Assembly (NCBI GenBank): GCA_002787155.1 | Contig: PCVY01000016.1 | Span: 71,884 to 135,883, forward strand | Direction: 5' to 3' | Length of the DNA stretch: 64,000 nt | DNA from: Candidatus Abzuiibacterium crystallinum | GTDB taxonomy: Bacteria > Omnitrophota > Omnitrophia > Omnitrophales > Abzuiibacteriaceae | Shown: positions 36,286 through 46,709 of the stretch, piece by piece | How the letters are laid out: every line of letters begins with the position of its first letter | How positions within the stretch are numbered: position 1 is the first letter of the stretch | Notes under the pieces: generated by a model | Database searches by the model: none | What the model saw: only the letters and a program-made list of their open reading frames with translations | What the model was told of the DNA's origin: nothing | Translations under genes and position numbers: made by a program

Positions 36286-37784
36286 GACGATCTCCTTTGT
36301 GACAACCGAACGGCCTGCATCAACGCTTTGGCTTTATTCACCGTTTCTTTGAACTCTCGCAATGGATTCGAATCATTCACAATACCAGCGCCAGCCTGAA
36401 CCATAGCCCGGCGATTCATGATCATCAAAGTTCGAATCGTGATGCAAACATCCATATCCCCGTTAAACCCAAAATATCCAACAGCGCCCGCGTACGGCCC
36501 TCGTCGATAAGGTTCAAGCTCATCGATGATCTGCATGGCACGAATTTTTGGCGCTCCCGAAACAGTCCCCGCTGGGAATGCAGATTGAATTAAGTCAAAC
36601 GCATCTTTACCCTGCTTCAGCCGCCCTTTGACAACGCTGACCAAATGCATCACATGGGAGAACTTTTCAACGTGACAAAAATCAATGACTTTGATGGTGT
36701 TTAAATGACAAACACGGCCCAAATCGTTCCGGCCTAAATCCACCAGCATCAAATGTTCCGCCTTTTCCTTCGGCGAGGATTTTAACTGCATCTCAAGGCG
36801 TTGATCTTCGCGTTCGTCACGCCCGCGAGGGCGTGTCCCTGCGATTGGTCTCGTCTCTGCAATCATCCCTTCTTTTTTAACCAATGTTTCCGGGGACGAA
36901 CCAATCAAGCGAAGCTTTTCATTGCGGTAATAAAACATATAAGGGGATGGATTTAAAATGCGCAGTGCACGATAAATTTCAAAATCATTTTGCACCATGC
37001 CTAAGTCAAAGGGTTGCGATAAGACAGTTTGAATACAATCGCCATTTTTGATGTATCGTTTAATTTGCCGAACTGCCTCCAAGAAAATTTTCTTTTTCAC
37101 TTTTGAATTTGGAGCAAATGAATCGTAATCCTCCTTCTTCACCGCCTCTAGCCGCTCGCCTGCGGCCTTTCCTGTCCGGATACATTTTGCCAAGCGCCGC
37201 AAGTCATGGCATGCTGTTCGGTAAGCCTTATTCGCCGATTGATTTTTACTGTCAGCCAAGACAATCAATTTAACCGTTCGATTGAAATGATCATAAACAA
37301 TTACTTTACGGGCAATGAGTAAATTTAGATCGGCAGTTTGCGTGCCGTATTTTTGGGTCAAATTAATTTCTTCACAGTACTGCACAAATTCATACCCTAA
37401 AAAACCAACCAAACTGCCGACAATGCTCGGGAGCGCAGGATTGGGAACAAATTTTAACGTCTTAATAAAATGCCGCAGTATTTTAAAAACATCTTCCTTG
37501 GTCGTGATTTTAAATTTTTGTTTTAGCCCTTTTTGCTTAATTTGTAGCACATTATTCTGAAGCGTCACTTCGTGGGATGGATCAAGTCCCACAATTGAAT
37601 ACCGACCGATGTGCTCGTCTGTTTCGGCAGATTCCAGCAAGAAAGTTTTCTCTTTTAGACGGGCTATTTTCATAAAGAGCGTGACAGGCGTTTCTTGATC
37701 GGCGATAAACTCCGCATAAACCGGGATAAGTTTACCCTTTCGTGTCTGTGATTTAAATGCTGAGGTACTCGGTCTAATATGCAT
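36282..37784 (-). CDS. trpE: Anthranilate synthase component I
   Basis: Chorismate-binding domain (GRYS..G, GAVGYF). 500 aa. Confidence 0.85.
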   Translation of the reverse strand: MHIRPSTSAFKSQTRKGKLIPVYAEFIADQETPVTLFMKIARLKEKTFLLESAETDEHIGRYSIVGLDPSHEVTLQNNVLQIKQKGLKQKFKITTKEDVFKILRHFIKTLKFVPNPALPSIVGSLVGFLGYEFVQYCEEINLTQKYGTQTADLNLLIARKVIVYDHFNRTVKLIVLADSKNQSANKAYRTACHDLRRLAKCIRTGKAAGERLEAVKKEDYDSFAPNSKVKKKIFLEAVRQIKRYIKNGDCIQTVLSQPFDLGMVQNDFEIYRALRILNPSPYMFYYRNEKLRLIGSSPETLVKKEGMIAETRPIAGTRPRGRDEREDQRLEMQLKSSPKEKAEHLMLVDLGRNDLGRVCHLNTIKVIDFCHVEKFSHVMHLVSVVKGRLKQGKDAFDLIQSAFPAGTVSGAPKIRAMQIIDELEPYRRGPYAGAVGYFGFNGDMDVCITIRTLMIMNRRAMVQAGAGIVNDSNPLREFKETVNKAKALMQAVRLSQRRSS

Positions 37785-38545
37785 TATGTCAATCTAACGG
37801 GTATTCTTCTTTTTTTTAAATATTGTTTAACTTGCCTAATGCTAAATTCTCCAAAATGAAAAATCGATGCTGCCAAGGCTGCATCAGCTTTACCGCCGTG
37901 GAAGGCATCATAAAAATGGGAAAGATTCCCGACACCGCCTGAAGCAATGACCGGTATACGTACCGCTGATGAAACGCGGCGGGTAAGTTCGATATCATAG
38001 CCTAGTTTAGTTCCATCTTGGTCCATGCTGGTCAGCAAGATTTCTCCGGCGCCTAGTTTCTCTACATGTTTCGCCCACCGAATGACATCCCATCGGGTCG
38101 GTATACGGCCACCGTGTGTATAGACACACCATTGATGTTTGCCAGAGGCCTTCGCATCAATGGCGATCACGATGCATTGACTGCCAAAACGTGTACTCGC
38201 TTTCCGGATAAGTGATGGGTTTTCAACCGCACTGGTGTTCAGCGACACTTTATCACAACCTGCTTTTAAAAGTTCTCTAATGTCTTCAACGCTACGCAGA
38301 CCGCCGCCAACGGTAAATGGGATATAAACTGATTCAGCTACTTTTTCCACCACTTTTCGCATGATGTTACGTTTCTCATGAGACGCTGTAATATCAAGAA
38401 AAACCAATTCGTCGGCGCCGGCTTGATCGTATGAACGCGCAATGGCTACCGGGTCACCTGCGTCCCGCAAATTAACAAATTTAACCCCTTTCACCACGCG
38501 ACCCGCATGCACATCCAGACAGGGAATGATCCGTCTCGTGAACAT
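37784..38545 (-). CDS. hisF: Imidazole glycerol phosphate synthase cyclase subunit
   Basis: RIIPCLDV...GRVVKG N-terminus. 253 aa. Confidence 0.9.
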   Translation of the reverse strand: MFTRRIIPCLDVHAGRVVKGVKFVNLRDAGDPVAIARSYDQAGADELVFLDITASHEKRNIMRKVVEKVAESVYIPFTVGGGLRSVEDIRELLKAGCDKVSLNTSAVENPSLIRKASTRFGSQCIVIAIDAKASGKHQWCVYTHGGRIPTRWDVIRWAKHVEKLGAGEILLTSMDQDGTKLGYDIELTRRVSSAVRIPVIASGGVGNLSHFYDAFHGGKADAALAASIFHFGEFSIRQVKQYLKKRRIPVRLT

Positions 38546-38940
38546 CAGATATCCCCCTTCGTCGACATCCGGTCATCGATAAATTTCAGGAGCGAATGCG
38601 TACAGGCTTTCTGGTGTAAAAGAACAGAAAAAATGAAAAGCATAAAGGCAACGCATTGCCCTCTGCCCCATGTCAGCCAAATATTTAACATGGGCAAATC
38701 CATCCAAGATAATGTCAGTATGATCAAAGCTGCCACAAAAATAATCCAACCAAGCAAAGCCCGACTGCTGTATTCGGAACGCACAAACCGGGCAGTGTCA
38801 CGGGATAATTCGTTGATCTTGATAAAAGTCCTTCTCAGCAAGAGGTTTCTAATGAGCAGACCTAAGATAAAGTAAGCCAAAACGATGACTGACCATGACC
38901 AGGATTTTTCGGTCTCAATCATCATCAGAAAATCATTCAT
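38545..38940 (-). CDS. Small hypothetical membrane protein embedded between hisA and hisF
   Basis: Three to four hydrophobic helices. No his-pathway similarity. Overlaps hisA by 8 nt at the ORF-track start. Confidence 0.4.
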   Translation of the reverse strand: MNDFLMMIETEKSWSWSVIVLAYFILGLLIRNLLLRRTFIKINELSRDTARFVRSEYSSRALLGWIIFVAALIILTLSWMDLPMLNIWLTWGRGQCVAFMLFIFSVLLHQKACTHSLLKFIDDRMSTKGDI

Positions 38941-39673
38941 GGGTACTATCCGATTGAATCGCTTGAATGGCTTCTTGCAATGTAAACCGCTGCTCGTAGA
39001 GTGCTTTTCCTACAATCACACCCCATAGATTTGAGCACTCAAGCGCTTTTAAAAATTTAAAATCCTTTAAGGTTGAGATGCCGCCCGAAGCGATGACATT
39101 CATACTTGTTTTTGTGCAGATATTTTTTAATTCCGTCACATTCGGCCCCATCAATGTCCCGTCCCGCGAAACATCAGTCAACACAATGTGTTTCACGCCA
39201 ATCCGCTCAATTTCTTTGCAAAATGATTCCAGTTTAATGAGCTTGACTTGTTTGAGCCAGCCCTGAATTTGGATAATACCGTTTTTAATGTCTATGCCAA
39301 CGACAATTTTGTCGCCAAATCGATTAATTAACTGCGTCAACATTTTAAGATCTAATGCTTTTGTGCCGATGACAGCGCGGCTGACGCCCGTTTGAAAAAC
39401 ATCAGCAACCGCCTGAACGGACCGCAAGCCGCCGCCGAATTGGATGGGCGCTTTAACAGCTTGGCAAATATTTTTGAGAGATCCGAGATTTTTCCTTTTC
39501 CCTGCCAAGGCGCCGTCTAAGTCAACGACATGAATCATTTCAGCACCGTCTTGCTGCCATTTCATGGCCACTTGTTCCGGTGCTTGCGAATAGACTTTCT
39601 CCTGAGCAAAATCTCCTCGGGTGAGCCGGACTACTTTACCATCTTTGAGATCAATCGCTGGGATGATGATCAT
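38933..39673 (-). CDS. hisA: ProFAR isomerase
   Basis: IIPAIDLKDGKVVRL N-terminus. (beta/alpha)8 HisA pattern. Confidence 0.85.
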   Translation of the reverse strand: MIIIPAIDLKDGKVVRLTRGDFAQEKVYSQAPEQVAMKWQQDGAEMIHVVDLDGALAGKRKNLGSLKNICQAVKAPIQFGGGLRSVQAVADVFQTGVSRAVIGTKALDLKMLTQLINRFGDKIVVGIDIKNGIIQIQGWLKQVKLIKLESFCKEIERIGVKHIVLTDVSRDGTLMGPNVTELKNICTKTSMNVIASGGISTLKDFKFLKALECSNLWGVIVGKALYEQRFTLQEAIQAIQSDSTHE

Positions 39674-39674
39674 G

Positions 39675-40280
39675 TTATTGCTTGATAAAGTTCTTGAGAA
39701 TAGTTAATCCAACTTTTTGACTTTTTTCAGGATGAAATTGAACAGCGGTCACGTTTTCCTTTTGAACGGCCGATGCAAAAGAAATGCCGTAGTTTGTTGT
39801 CCCGATCGTCACTGCGCCTTCCTTGGGTGCCGCGTAAAATGAATGAACAAAGTAAAAAAATGAACGGTCCGGGACGCCAGAAAAATACGGAGTCCGTTTT
39901 AGAATCTTCATTTGATTCCACCCCATCTGTGGAATTTTGAGATTTTTTTTTAATCGAAACCGTTTAACACGACCCCGAATGACTCCCAAACCTTTTGTGC
40001 GGGGACTTTCTTCACTTGATTCAAACAATAATTGCAATCCCAGACAAATACCGAGAAATGGTTTTTTAGCTGCAATGGCTTTCTGAATAGGTTTGACCAA
40101 GCCCCTACTTCGAAGTTCGCGCATGGCGTGGCCAAAACTGCCTACTCCCGGTAAAACAAGCTTTTGCGCGTGTTCGATGACGGTTGGCTTGTCACTAATA
40201 CAGACCTTGCCCCCTAAAGTCTCAATGGCTTTACCCACACTTCTCAAATTACCCATTCCGTAATCTATGACGACAATCAT
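39675..40280 (-). CDS. hisH: Imidazole glycerol phosphate synthase glutaminase subunit
   Basis: DYGMGNLRSV and GICLGLQ motifs. HPEKS. Confidence 0.85.
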   Translation of the reverse strand: MIVVIDYGMGNLRSVGKAIETLGGKVCISDKPTVIEHAQKLVLPGVGSFGHAMRELRSRGLVKPIQKAIAAKKPFLGICLGLQLLFESSEESPRTKGLGVIRGRVKRFRLKKNLKIPQMGWNQMKILKRTPYFSGVPDRSFFYFVHSFYAAPKEGAVTIGTTNYGISFASAVQKENVTAVQFHPEKSQKVGLTILKNFIKQ

Positions 40281-40882
40281 TCGAGCGTTCCCTTGGTGGA
40301 CGGAACGTCTTTGACTCGCGGATCCAACTGGGTTGCCAAATCGAGCGATTTCGCCAAAGCTTTAAACATGGCTTCGGTCACGTGGTGTGAATCTTCCCCG
40401 CTTACCACTTCGACAATGAGATTGATTCCGGCGTGTTGAACAAATGAGCGGAGAAATTCACAGCCGTCATGAAAAGAATACTGTGACGACGAATAGAGGC
40501 GTTTTTTCTTTACTTGCAACAGGTGAAAGGAAGGGCGGCCGGAAATATCTAAAACAGCTCGCACCAAAGCTTCATCCATCGGAACCGCAAAGAATCCGAA
40601 ACGCCTAATCCCCTTTTTTAATCCAAGCGCTTTAGCAAATGCTTGACCCAGCACAATGCCAACATCTTCATTGGTGTGGTGATGATCAATGTGTAAATCG
40701 CCTTTGGCTTTCACGATTAAATCAAAAAGTCCGTGCTTGGCAAGTGCGGTCAGCATATGATCGAGGAAAGGAATCCCCGTTGCAATGTGTTGTTTTCCCG
40801 TCCCGTCGAGATTCAATTTAATCTCAATGTTGGTTTCAGAGGTTTTTCTCGATACGGCGGCAGTTCGTTTAGAAGATTTCAT
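40277..40882 (-). CDS. hisB: Imidazoleglycerol-phosphate dehydratase
   Basis: RKTSETNIEIKLNLDG. HHHTNED and GEDSHH metal-binding motifs. Confidence 0.85.
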   Translation of the reverse strand: MKSSKRTAAVSRKTSETNIEIKLNLDGTGKQHIATGIPFLDHMLTALAKHGLFDLIVKAKGDLHIDHHHTNEDVGIVLGQAFAKALGLKKGIRRFGFFAVPMDEALVRAVLDISGRPSFHLLQVKKKRLYSSSQYSFHDGCEFLRSFVQHAGINLIVEVVSGEDSHHVTEAMFKALAKSLDLATQLDPRVKDVPSTKGTLE

Positions 40883-40891
40883 AGCTTTTTC

Positions 40892-42145
40892 CTAATCATT
40901 GGTTGAGTTATTTTTGTCATTCATAAAACGTGCTTCTAACGAAATGCGATGTAAAACCAATCCTTCTAATTCGGTCAATTTCTTGACATGTTCCCGCGTC
41001 CGAGCCAGTGCTTCTTTGCTATATTGAATAATCTGGGTACTTTTGATAAAAGTAGAAGCGCTCAGCGGAGAAAAGTAGCGGGCTGTGCTCCCTGTTGGTA
41101 ACACATGGCTTGGGCCGGCAATGTAATCACCGATTACTGCCGGTGAATATTCTCCCAAGAAGATAGCGCCGGCGTGTCTGATTTTCGGAACGAGTTCCTC
41201 TGGTTTTTCAGTTAAGATTTCCAAATGCTCGGGCGCAATTTCGTTCACTGCTTCGCAAGCCTCGCTCAAATTTTTCACAAGAAAAATATAGCCGTTATCC
41301 ACTCTTTTTCGAATGCTCTCAGCTAATTTCTTTGAGTTAGTAACCAAATACGAAATACCTCCGGCATGTTCTGCTTGTGCCAAGAGATCGCATGTCACAA
41401 AGTCCGGGTTTGCTTCCGAATCGGCAATGATGGCCACTTCGCTGGGACCAGCTACCATGTCAATGTCGACAAACCCGTAAACCTGACGCTTGGCTTCTGT
41501 CACATATGGATTCCCGGGCCCGACAATCTTATCAACTTTACGAATTGTTTTGGTTCCAAAAGCTAACGCTGCAATGGCTTGTGCGCCACCGGCGCGATAA
41601 ATTTCTTTGACGCCGAGCAAATTAGCGACAGCGAGTATATGCGGATCAATTTCTCCCGTTTCTCGGTTCGGCGGTGTTGCAATGGCGATTTCAGTGACGC
41701 CGGCTACTTTGGCTGGGATAATGGTCATGTAAACAGTTGATACCAATGGCGCTGTGCCGCCCGGTATATAAACGCCGACTCGGTCAATTGGGATGTATCG
41801 CTTTGCCAGGTAAGTTCCATTTTTCCCCTTGATCTCAAATGATTTCTTCAGCTCTGCCTCATAAAATGATTGGACATTCTCCGTGATTTGTTTCAGCAAC
41901 GGTACAAATTCATAATGAATTTGCTCAAAAGCACGGTTAATGTCTCCTTCTGAGACCTTCAAGCGTTTCAGCGGTAAGTCAATTTTATCAAACTCTTTTG
42001 TAAAACTGCGCAGCGCCACATCCCCTCTCGTTCTGACCTCATTGATAATTCGCTCAACTTTTTTAGTCAGATTTTTATCGTAGAGAGCCGTCACCTCTCG
42101 CGTAATCTTTTGAGTCAATCCCTTTTGCCACGTTAATAATTGCAT
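40892..42145 (-). CDS. hisD: Histidinol dehydrogenase
   Basis: 417 aa. Conserved HisD core (GPGNPYV, AGPSEV, QAEH). Confidence 0.9.
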   Translation of the reverse strand: MQLLTWQKGLTQKITREVTALYDKNLTKKVERIINEVRTRGDVALRSFTKEFDKIDLPLKRLKVSEGDINRAFEQIHYEFVPLLKQITENVQSFYEAELKKSFEIKGKNGTYLAKRYIPIDRVGVYIPGGTAPLVSTVYMTIIPAKVAGVTEIAIATPPNRETGEIDPHILAVANLLGVKEIYRAGGAQAIAALAFGTKTIRKVDKIVGPGNPYVTEAKRQVYGFVDIDMVAGPSEVAIIADSEANPDFVTCDLLAQAEHAGGISYLVTNSKKLAESIRKRVDNGYIFLVKNLSEACEAVNEIAPEHLEILTEKPEELVPKIRHAGAIFLGEYSPAVIGDYIAGPSHVLPTGSTARYFSPLSASTFIKSTQIIQYSKEALARTREHVKKLTELEGLVLHRISLEARFMNDKNNSTND

Positions 42146-42146
42146 A

Positions 42147-44750
42147 TTAGCCGGCCTTAATGAGTGAAACTACTTTTGCTAATGCGGTCGGGATAGCGGC
42201 ACTGTTCTTGCCGCCGCCTTGGGCTAAATCTTTTCGACCACCCGCAGATCCCCCGCATGCTTGTGAGATTTCCTTGGCAATTGACGCTGCATTGACAGAC
42301 GTTTTTTCTAAGTCTTTTGACAGTGAAACAATTAAAGAAAATTTATCCGGCTGGATGCCAAATAAAATGACAACACCGGTTGTTAATTGTTTTCTCACCT
42401 GGTCGCTCAATTGCCGCAGTTGTTCAATGCTGGCATCTTGGTATTGATGTGTCACTAGTTTAATCTTACCTACTGACTGCGCCTTTTTAATCAAATCGTC
42501 AATTCCGATTGTTGATTGCGTTAAGGCGGCCTGTTTTTTATCTTTTTGTAATTGCTTTAAACTTTGCATGAGCGATTCAGCGCGGTCAACCAGCGCATCG
42601 GGCGTCGACTTAAGGACGTCTGCTGTTTTCTGTATGGTTTGCCGAATATTTGTCAAGTATTCAAGCGCTCCCAATCCCGTGACGGCTTCTATCCGCCGTG
42701 TCCCGCTGCCAATCGCAGTTTCACTTGCAATCACAAAAACACCGATATCACCTGTTCTTTCACAATGGGTTCCCCCGCACAATTCTTTGCTAAACCCGGA
42801 CACATTGATCACCCGTACTTTTTCTCCGTACTTATCGCCAAAAAATGCAATCGCACCGCCGGAAACAGCTGCCTCATAGGTTTGCTGGGCCGTTTCCACC
42901 AATTCGTTTCTTAGAATAACTTGGTTGACCGCTGACTCGATCATCGCAAGCTCTTTTTCGCTTAATGCACTGTGATGTTTAAAATCAAAACGAAGTTTGC
43001 TTGGATGGACCAAGGATCCGACTTGGCGAACATGATTTCCTAACACTTGACGGAGAGCTGCTTGCAATAAGTGAGTGGCCGTGTGGTTTCGTTTGGTCGC
43101 CTCTCGGCGAACTGTATCCACCGAGGCTTTCACATCCATGTTTTCTTCGATTTTGCCTTTGACAACTTTCCCAATATGAAAAATAATTTTATCCTTTTTC
43201 TGCGTATCCGTTACTTCAAATTTGAAAGAAGCAGATTCAATGGTTCCCGCATCACCCACCTGCCCGCCACCTTCGGGATAAAAGGGTGTTTGATTTAATA
43301 TCAGAGCCGTTTGGCTACCTTGATTAAAATGTTGAATCACTTTCGCCCCGGCTGTCAGTTGTGCATATCCCAAAAATTGAGTAGCAGCAGTTGAGCCGAT
43401 CTTTTGTTTAACCTCATCAACCGAGAATATCTCAGTACTGATATTGCTTTTTTGTTTAGCCGTCTTTTTTTGCCGAGTCATCAACATGTCAAATTCATTC
43501 TGATTGATTGTTAAGCCTTCGTGAGCGGTAATCTGACGCGTTAATTCATCCGGAAAACCATATGTGTCATAAAGCAAGAAAACATCCTGTCCGCTTAGTT
43601 GTTTTAATTTCTTTTTCTTCGCTTCCCGAATAAAACGTTCTAACACTTGATTACCCTTCTCAAGTGTTTCAAAAAATTTTAATTCTTCCTGCTTAATTGT
43701 TTCAACGATATTCTTTTCGGCTTGCTTAATTTCAGGGTAGGCTTGCCCCATCGCCTCGACAACAGGCGCTACAATCCGGTAAAGAAAGGGCTCTTTTTTA
43801 CCTGTGGTTTGAGCCTGCCACACAGAACGACGAATCAGTTTTCGGATGACATAGCCGCGCCCTTCATTTGATGGGAAAGCACCGTCGGCGATTGCAAAGG
43901 TCACCGCCCGGCCATGATCAACAATTCGATACAAGATGTCAGTTTGGTTTTCCGTTAATTTTAATTCTTTTTTCATCGCTTTAAGCAATGGTTCAAAAAG
44001 GTCGATTTCGAAATTTGAACGCCTCCCTTGCAACATGCAGGCAACCCGCTCAAGGCCTGATCCCGTATCAATATTCTTTGCTTTTAGCGGTTTTAATGAG
44101 CCGTCTGATTGGCGGTCAAATTGTGTAAAGACCAGGTTCCAGATTTCTGAAAATCGTCCAGTTTCATCCTCGTACCATGGCCCCTTAAAAGGTTTTGGCG
44201 CATAACGCTCACCTTGGTCAAAGAAAATTTCAGAACAAGGTCCGCAAGGACCATTGGGACCGTCCTGAGGTGCATTGGCCGGCCAAAAATTGGAATCGTC
44301 CCCTAATTGAGCAATATGTGTTTCCGGAATCCCGATTTCATTCTTCCAAATATCAAAAGCTTCACGGTCGTCTTTATGAACACTCACCCGCAATTTTTCA
44401 GCCGGGATACGCAGAATTTTTGTCAAAAATTCCCATGCCCAAACAATGGCATCTTTTTTGAAATAATCACCAAATGAAAAATTACCCAACATTTCAAAAA
44501 ACGAATGGTGATAAGGCGTTTTGCCGACATGATCCAAATCACCCGTTCGTAAGCATTTTTGAGATGAACAAGCCCGTTTCATATCCTTTTTCACGCCTAA
44601 GAAATAGTCCTTAAACTGGTTCATCCCGGCTCCCGTAAATAATAGTGACGGATCGTTAACGGGAATTAGGGAATCGCTCTTAACGATGGTGTGCCCCTTT
44701 TCCTTGAAGAAGCTAAGAAATTTCTCTCTAATTTGATTCGTTTTCATCAA
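42147..44750 (-). CDS. alaS: Alanyl-tRNA synthetase
   Basis: 867 aa. Class II core. Editing-domain HxxxH motifs. C-terminal C-Ala domain. Confidence 0.95.
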   Translation of the reverse strand: MMKTNQIREKFLSFFKEKGHTIVKSDSLIPVNDPSLLFTGAGMNQFKDYFLGVKKDMKRACSSQKCLRTGDLDHVGKTPYHHSFFEMLGNFSFGDYFKKDAIVWAWEFLTKILRIPAEKLRVSVHKDDREAFDIWKNEIGIPETHIAQLGDDSNFWPANAPQDGPNGPCGPCSEIFFDQGERYAPKPFKGPWYEDETGRFSEIWNLVFTQFDRQSDGSLKPLKAKNIDTGSGLERVACMLQGRRSNFEIDLFEPLLKAMKKELKLTENQTDILYRIVDHGRAVTFAIADGAFPSNEGRGYVIRKLIRRSVWQAQTTGKKEPFLYRIVAPVVEAMGQAYPEIKQAEKNIVETIKQEELKFFETLEKGNQVLERFIREAKKKKLKQLSGQDVFLLYDTYGFPDELTRQITAHEGLTINQNEFDMLMTRQKKTAKQKSNISTEIFSVDEVKQKIGSTAATQFLGYAQLTAGAKVIQHFNQGSQTALILNQTPFYPEGGGQVGDAGTIESASFKFEVTDTQKKDKIIFHIGKVVKGKIEENMDVKASVDTVRREATKRNHTATHLLQAALRQVLGNHVRQVGSLVHPSKLRFDFKHHSALSEKELAMIESAVNQVILRNELVETAQQTYEAAVSGGAIAFFGDKYGEKVRVINVSGFSKELCGGTHCERTGDIGVFVIASETAIGSGTRRIEAVTGLGALEYLTNIRQTIQKTADVLKSTPDALVDRAESLMQSLKQLQKDKKQAALTQSTIGIDDLIKKAQSVGKIKLVTHQYQDASIEQLRQLSDQVRKQLTTGVVILFGIQPDKFSLIVSLSKDLEKTSVNAASIAKEISQACGGSAGGRKDLAQGGGKNSAAIPTALAKVVSLIKAG

Positions 44751-45240
44751 TTGTCAGATTCCTGTCCCCTTGCATGACTTCTGTTACCACATCACGACAA
44801 ATTTCATATGGAAATCCTCGCCGCGTTAAATAATCGTACAATCTCTTTTTTTGTTTCAACGGCTCCAGTTTTTGCAACTTAGCCAACCGCGCAGCAGCCG
44901 CTTCATGAGCCCGCGTTTTCTCCTCGGTCACATCATAGGTTTCTAGCACTTGATCGATCAATTCACGTGAGATGCCTTTTTTCTTTAAATCACCCCATAT
45001 TTTACGTCGACCAATCGGATTACCATGGGCGGCCCAGAAAATTTTTTGTTTTGAATATTCCAGATCATTAATTAAATGCTGCTTTTTTAATTGATCAATA
45101 ATTTTTGCAATGGCCTGCTCGTGATAGCCTTTCCGTACCAGTCGGTCGTGAATATCCCGCTCACTTCGTTTAGCAAGCGTCAACAAACGTATGGTGTAAA
45201 TCAGGCCTTGCTTATATTGTGCTTCGATATTAGCTGTCAT
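44728..45240 (-). CDS. recX: Recombination regulator RecX
   Basis: 170-aa helical-repeat protein directly downstream of recA. Conserved recA-recX-alaS order. Confidence 0.75.
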   Translation of the reverse strand: MTANIEAQYKQGLIYTIRLLTLAKRSERDIHDRLVRKGYHEQAIAKIIDQLKKQHLINDLEYSKQKIFWAAHGNPIGRRKIWGDLKKKGISRELIDQVLETYDVTEEKTRAHEAAAARLAKLQKLEPLKQKKRLYDYLTRRGFPYEICRDVVTEVMQGDRNLTIDENESN

Positions 45241-45248
45241 CTTTCCGT

Positions 45249-45279
45249 AAAAAAAAGTCGGCGGAAGTTACTCCGCCGA
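45249..45279 (-). terminator. Rho-independent terminator/attenuator between recA and recX
   Basis: Minus-strand TCGGCGGAG-TAA-CTTCCGCCGA followed by TTTTTTTT. A second 6-bp GC hairpin (GCCCGC...GCGGGC) lies just upstream on the same strand. Confidence 0.7.
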
Positions 45280-45313
45280 TGTCATGATGCCCGCTCCTTA
45301 GTGAATGCGGGCG

Positions 45314-46369
45314 TTATGCTTGATGTGCGACTGCTGCTGAGGTTTCCAGTATCTTTTCTTTCACACGCGTTTCAATTTCATTTAAAAGTTTCTGGTTTTC
45401 TTTTAAAAATAGTCTGACTTGATCACGACCTTGACCCACCTTTTCACCATTATAAGAAAGCCAACTGCCGGATTTCTCAAGCACTTGGTGGTTCAGCGCT
45501 AAATCAATGATGGTGGCGGAACGTGAGATCCCTTCATCAAACATGATGTCAAACTCAGCAATTTTGAACGGTGCAGCACATTTGTTTTTAACGACCTTTA
45601 CTTTGACACGGTTCCCGATTACTTCCTCACCTTTTTTGATCGAACCAATTCGTCGGATATCAAGCCGCATCGAGGCATAAAATTTGAGAGCTTTTCCGCC
45701 AGTGGTAGTTTCCGGGTTGCCAAACATCACGCCAATTTTGTCCCGAATTTGATTAATAAAAATAACGGAAGTTTTAGATCGGCTGATAATTGCGGTTAGT
45801 TTTCGGAGCGCTTGAGACATCAGGCGCGCTTGCAGCCCCATGTGCGAATCGCCAATGTCGCCTTCGATTTCAGCTTTGGGTGTTAAGGCAGCTACCGAAT
45901 CAATCACAATCAAGTCAACCGCCCCGGAACGCACCAGCATCTCGGCAATCTGAAGCGCCTGTTCCCCCGAATCAGGCTGCGAGATCAAAAGATCAGAAAT
46001 ATTCACGCCTAGCTTGGTTGCATAAAGAGGATCAATCGCGTGTTCTGCATCAATAAAAGCAGTCGTACCGCCTTGTTTTTGCAGTTGAGCGATCACGCTC
46101 AGTGTTAATGTGGTTTTACCGCTGGACTCAGGGCCATAGATTTCGGTCACGCGCCCCCTTGGAATCCCGCCAATGCCTGTCGCTAGATCAAGTGTTAAAG
46201 CACCTGTCGGAATCGAAGGAATATTTTCATGGTGCTCCTCACCTAACTTCATAATCGAACCTTTGCCAAATTCCTTTTCGATTTGAAGTAAAGCCAGTTC
46301 CAATGCTTTCTTTTTGTCTTGATTGATTTGAGCCGACTCTTCTTTTTTCTCAGGTTGCTTTTTTTTCAT
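45314..46369 (-). CDS. recA: Recombinase RecA
   Basis: GPESSGKTT Walker A and the full RecA core. 351 aa. Confidence 0.95.
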   Translation of the reverse strand: MKKKQPEKKEESAQINQDKKKALELALLQIEKEFGKGSIMKLGEEHHENIPSIPTGALTLDLATGIGGIPRGRVTEIYGPESSGKTTLTLSVIAQLQKQGGTTAFIDAEHAIDPLYATKLGVNISDLLISQPDSGEQALQIAEMLVRSGAVDLIVIDSVAALTPKAEIEGDIGDSHMGLQARLMSQALRKLTAIISRSKTSVIFINQIRDKIGVMFGNPETTTGGKALKFYASMRLDIRRIGSIKKGEEVIGNRVKVKVVKNKCAAPFKIAEFDIMFDEGISRSATIIDLALNHQVLEKSGSWLSYNGEKVGQGRDQVRLFLKENQKLLNEIETRVKEKILETSAAVAHQA

Positions 46370-46402
46370 TTTAATCTCCGGAAAATTGACCTAACTGCTT
46401 GA

Positions 46403-46431
46403 ATTATACTAACTTAGTCGAATTCTGTAAA
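46403..46431 (-). promoter_or_regulatory. Sigma70-type promoter for recA (TTTACA-17 bp-TATAAT on the minus strand)
   Basis: The -35 TTTACA is the reverse complement of 46426-46431. The -10 TATAAT is the reverse complement of 46403-46408. The spacer is exactly 17 bp. About 34 nt to the recA ATG. Confidence 0.5.
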
Positions 46432-46460
46432 GCAATCTTTAACCTGAAATAGTGACCAAT

Positions 46461-46709
46461 TTAAGTTGTTTTGTGGCCATTATTTAGCGATTTTGACTGC
46501 TTCTCAATGGTCATAAGCGCTTTTTTGATTTCCGCAATTGTCCAGGTTGGCAGAGTGATGCCTTTTTTTGTTGGAATCAACTCTCCGCTGTCACTGTGTA
46601 TAAAGAACAGGCGAATATCCAGATAAGATTTCTCCTTAAATTCGCCGAGGGAGAAACAAATCCGCTCTTGTTGGTTTTTCTTTATTTGATAGATAATTTG
46701 CGTACTCAT
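46461..46709 (-). CDS. Small PC4/YdbC-like putative ssDNA-binding protein
   Basis: 82 aa from MSTQIIYQIKKNQQERICFSLGEFKEKSYLDIRLFF...GELIPTKKGITL, a PC4/YdbC-like pattern. Strong RBS AAAGGAGAA 5 nt before ATG 46709. The ORF-track start at 46769 is a less likely upstream Met. Confidence 0.5.
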   Translation of the reverse strand: MSTQIIYQIKKNQQERICFSLGEFKEKSYLDIRLFFIHSDSGELIPTKKGITLPTWTIAEIKKALMTIEKQSKSLNNGHKTT

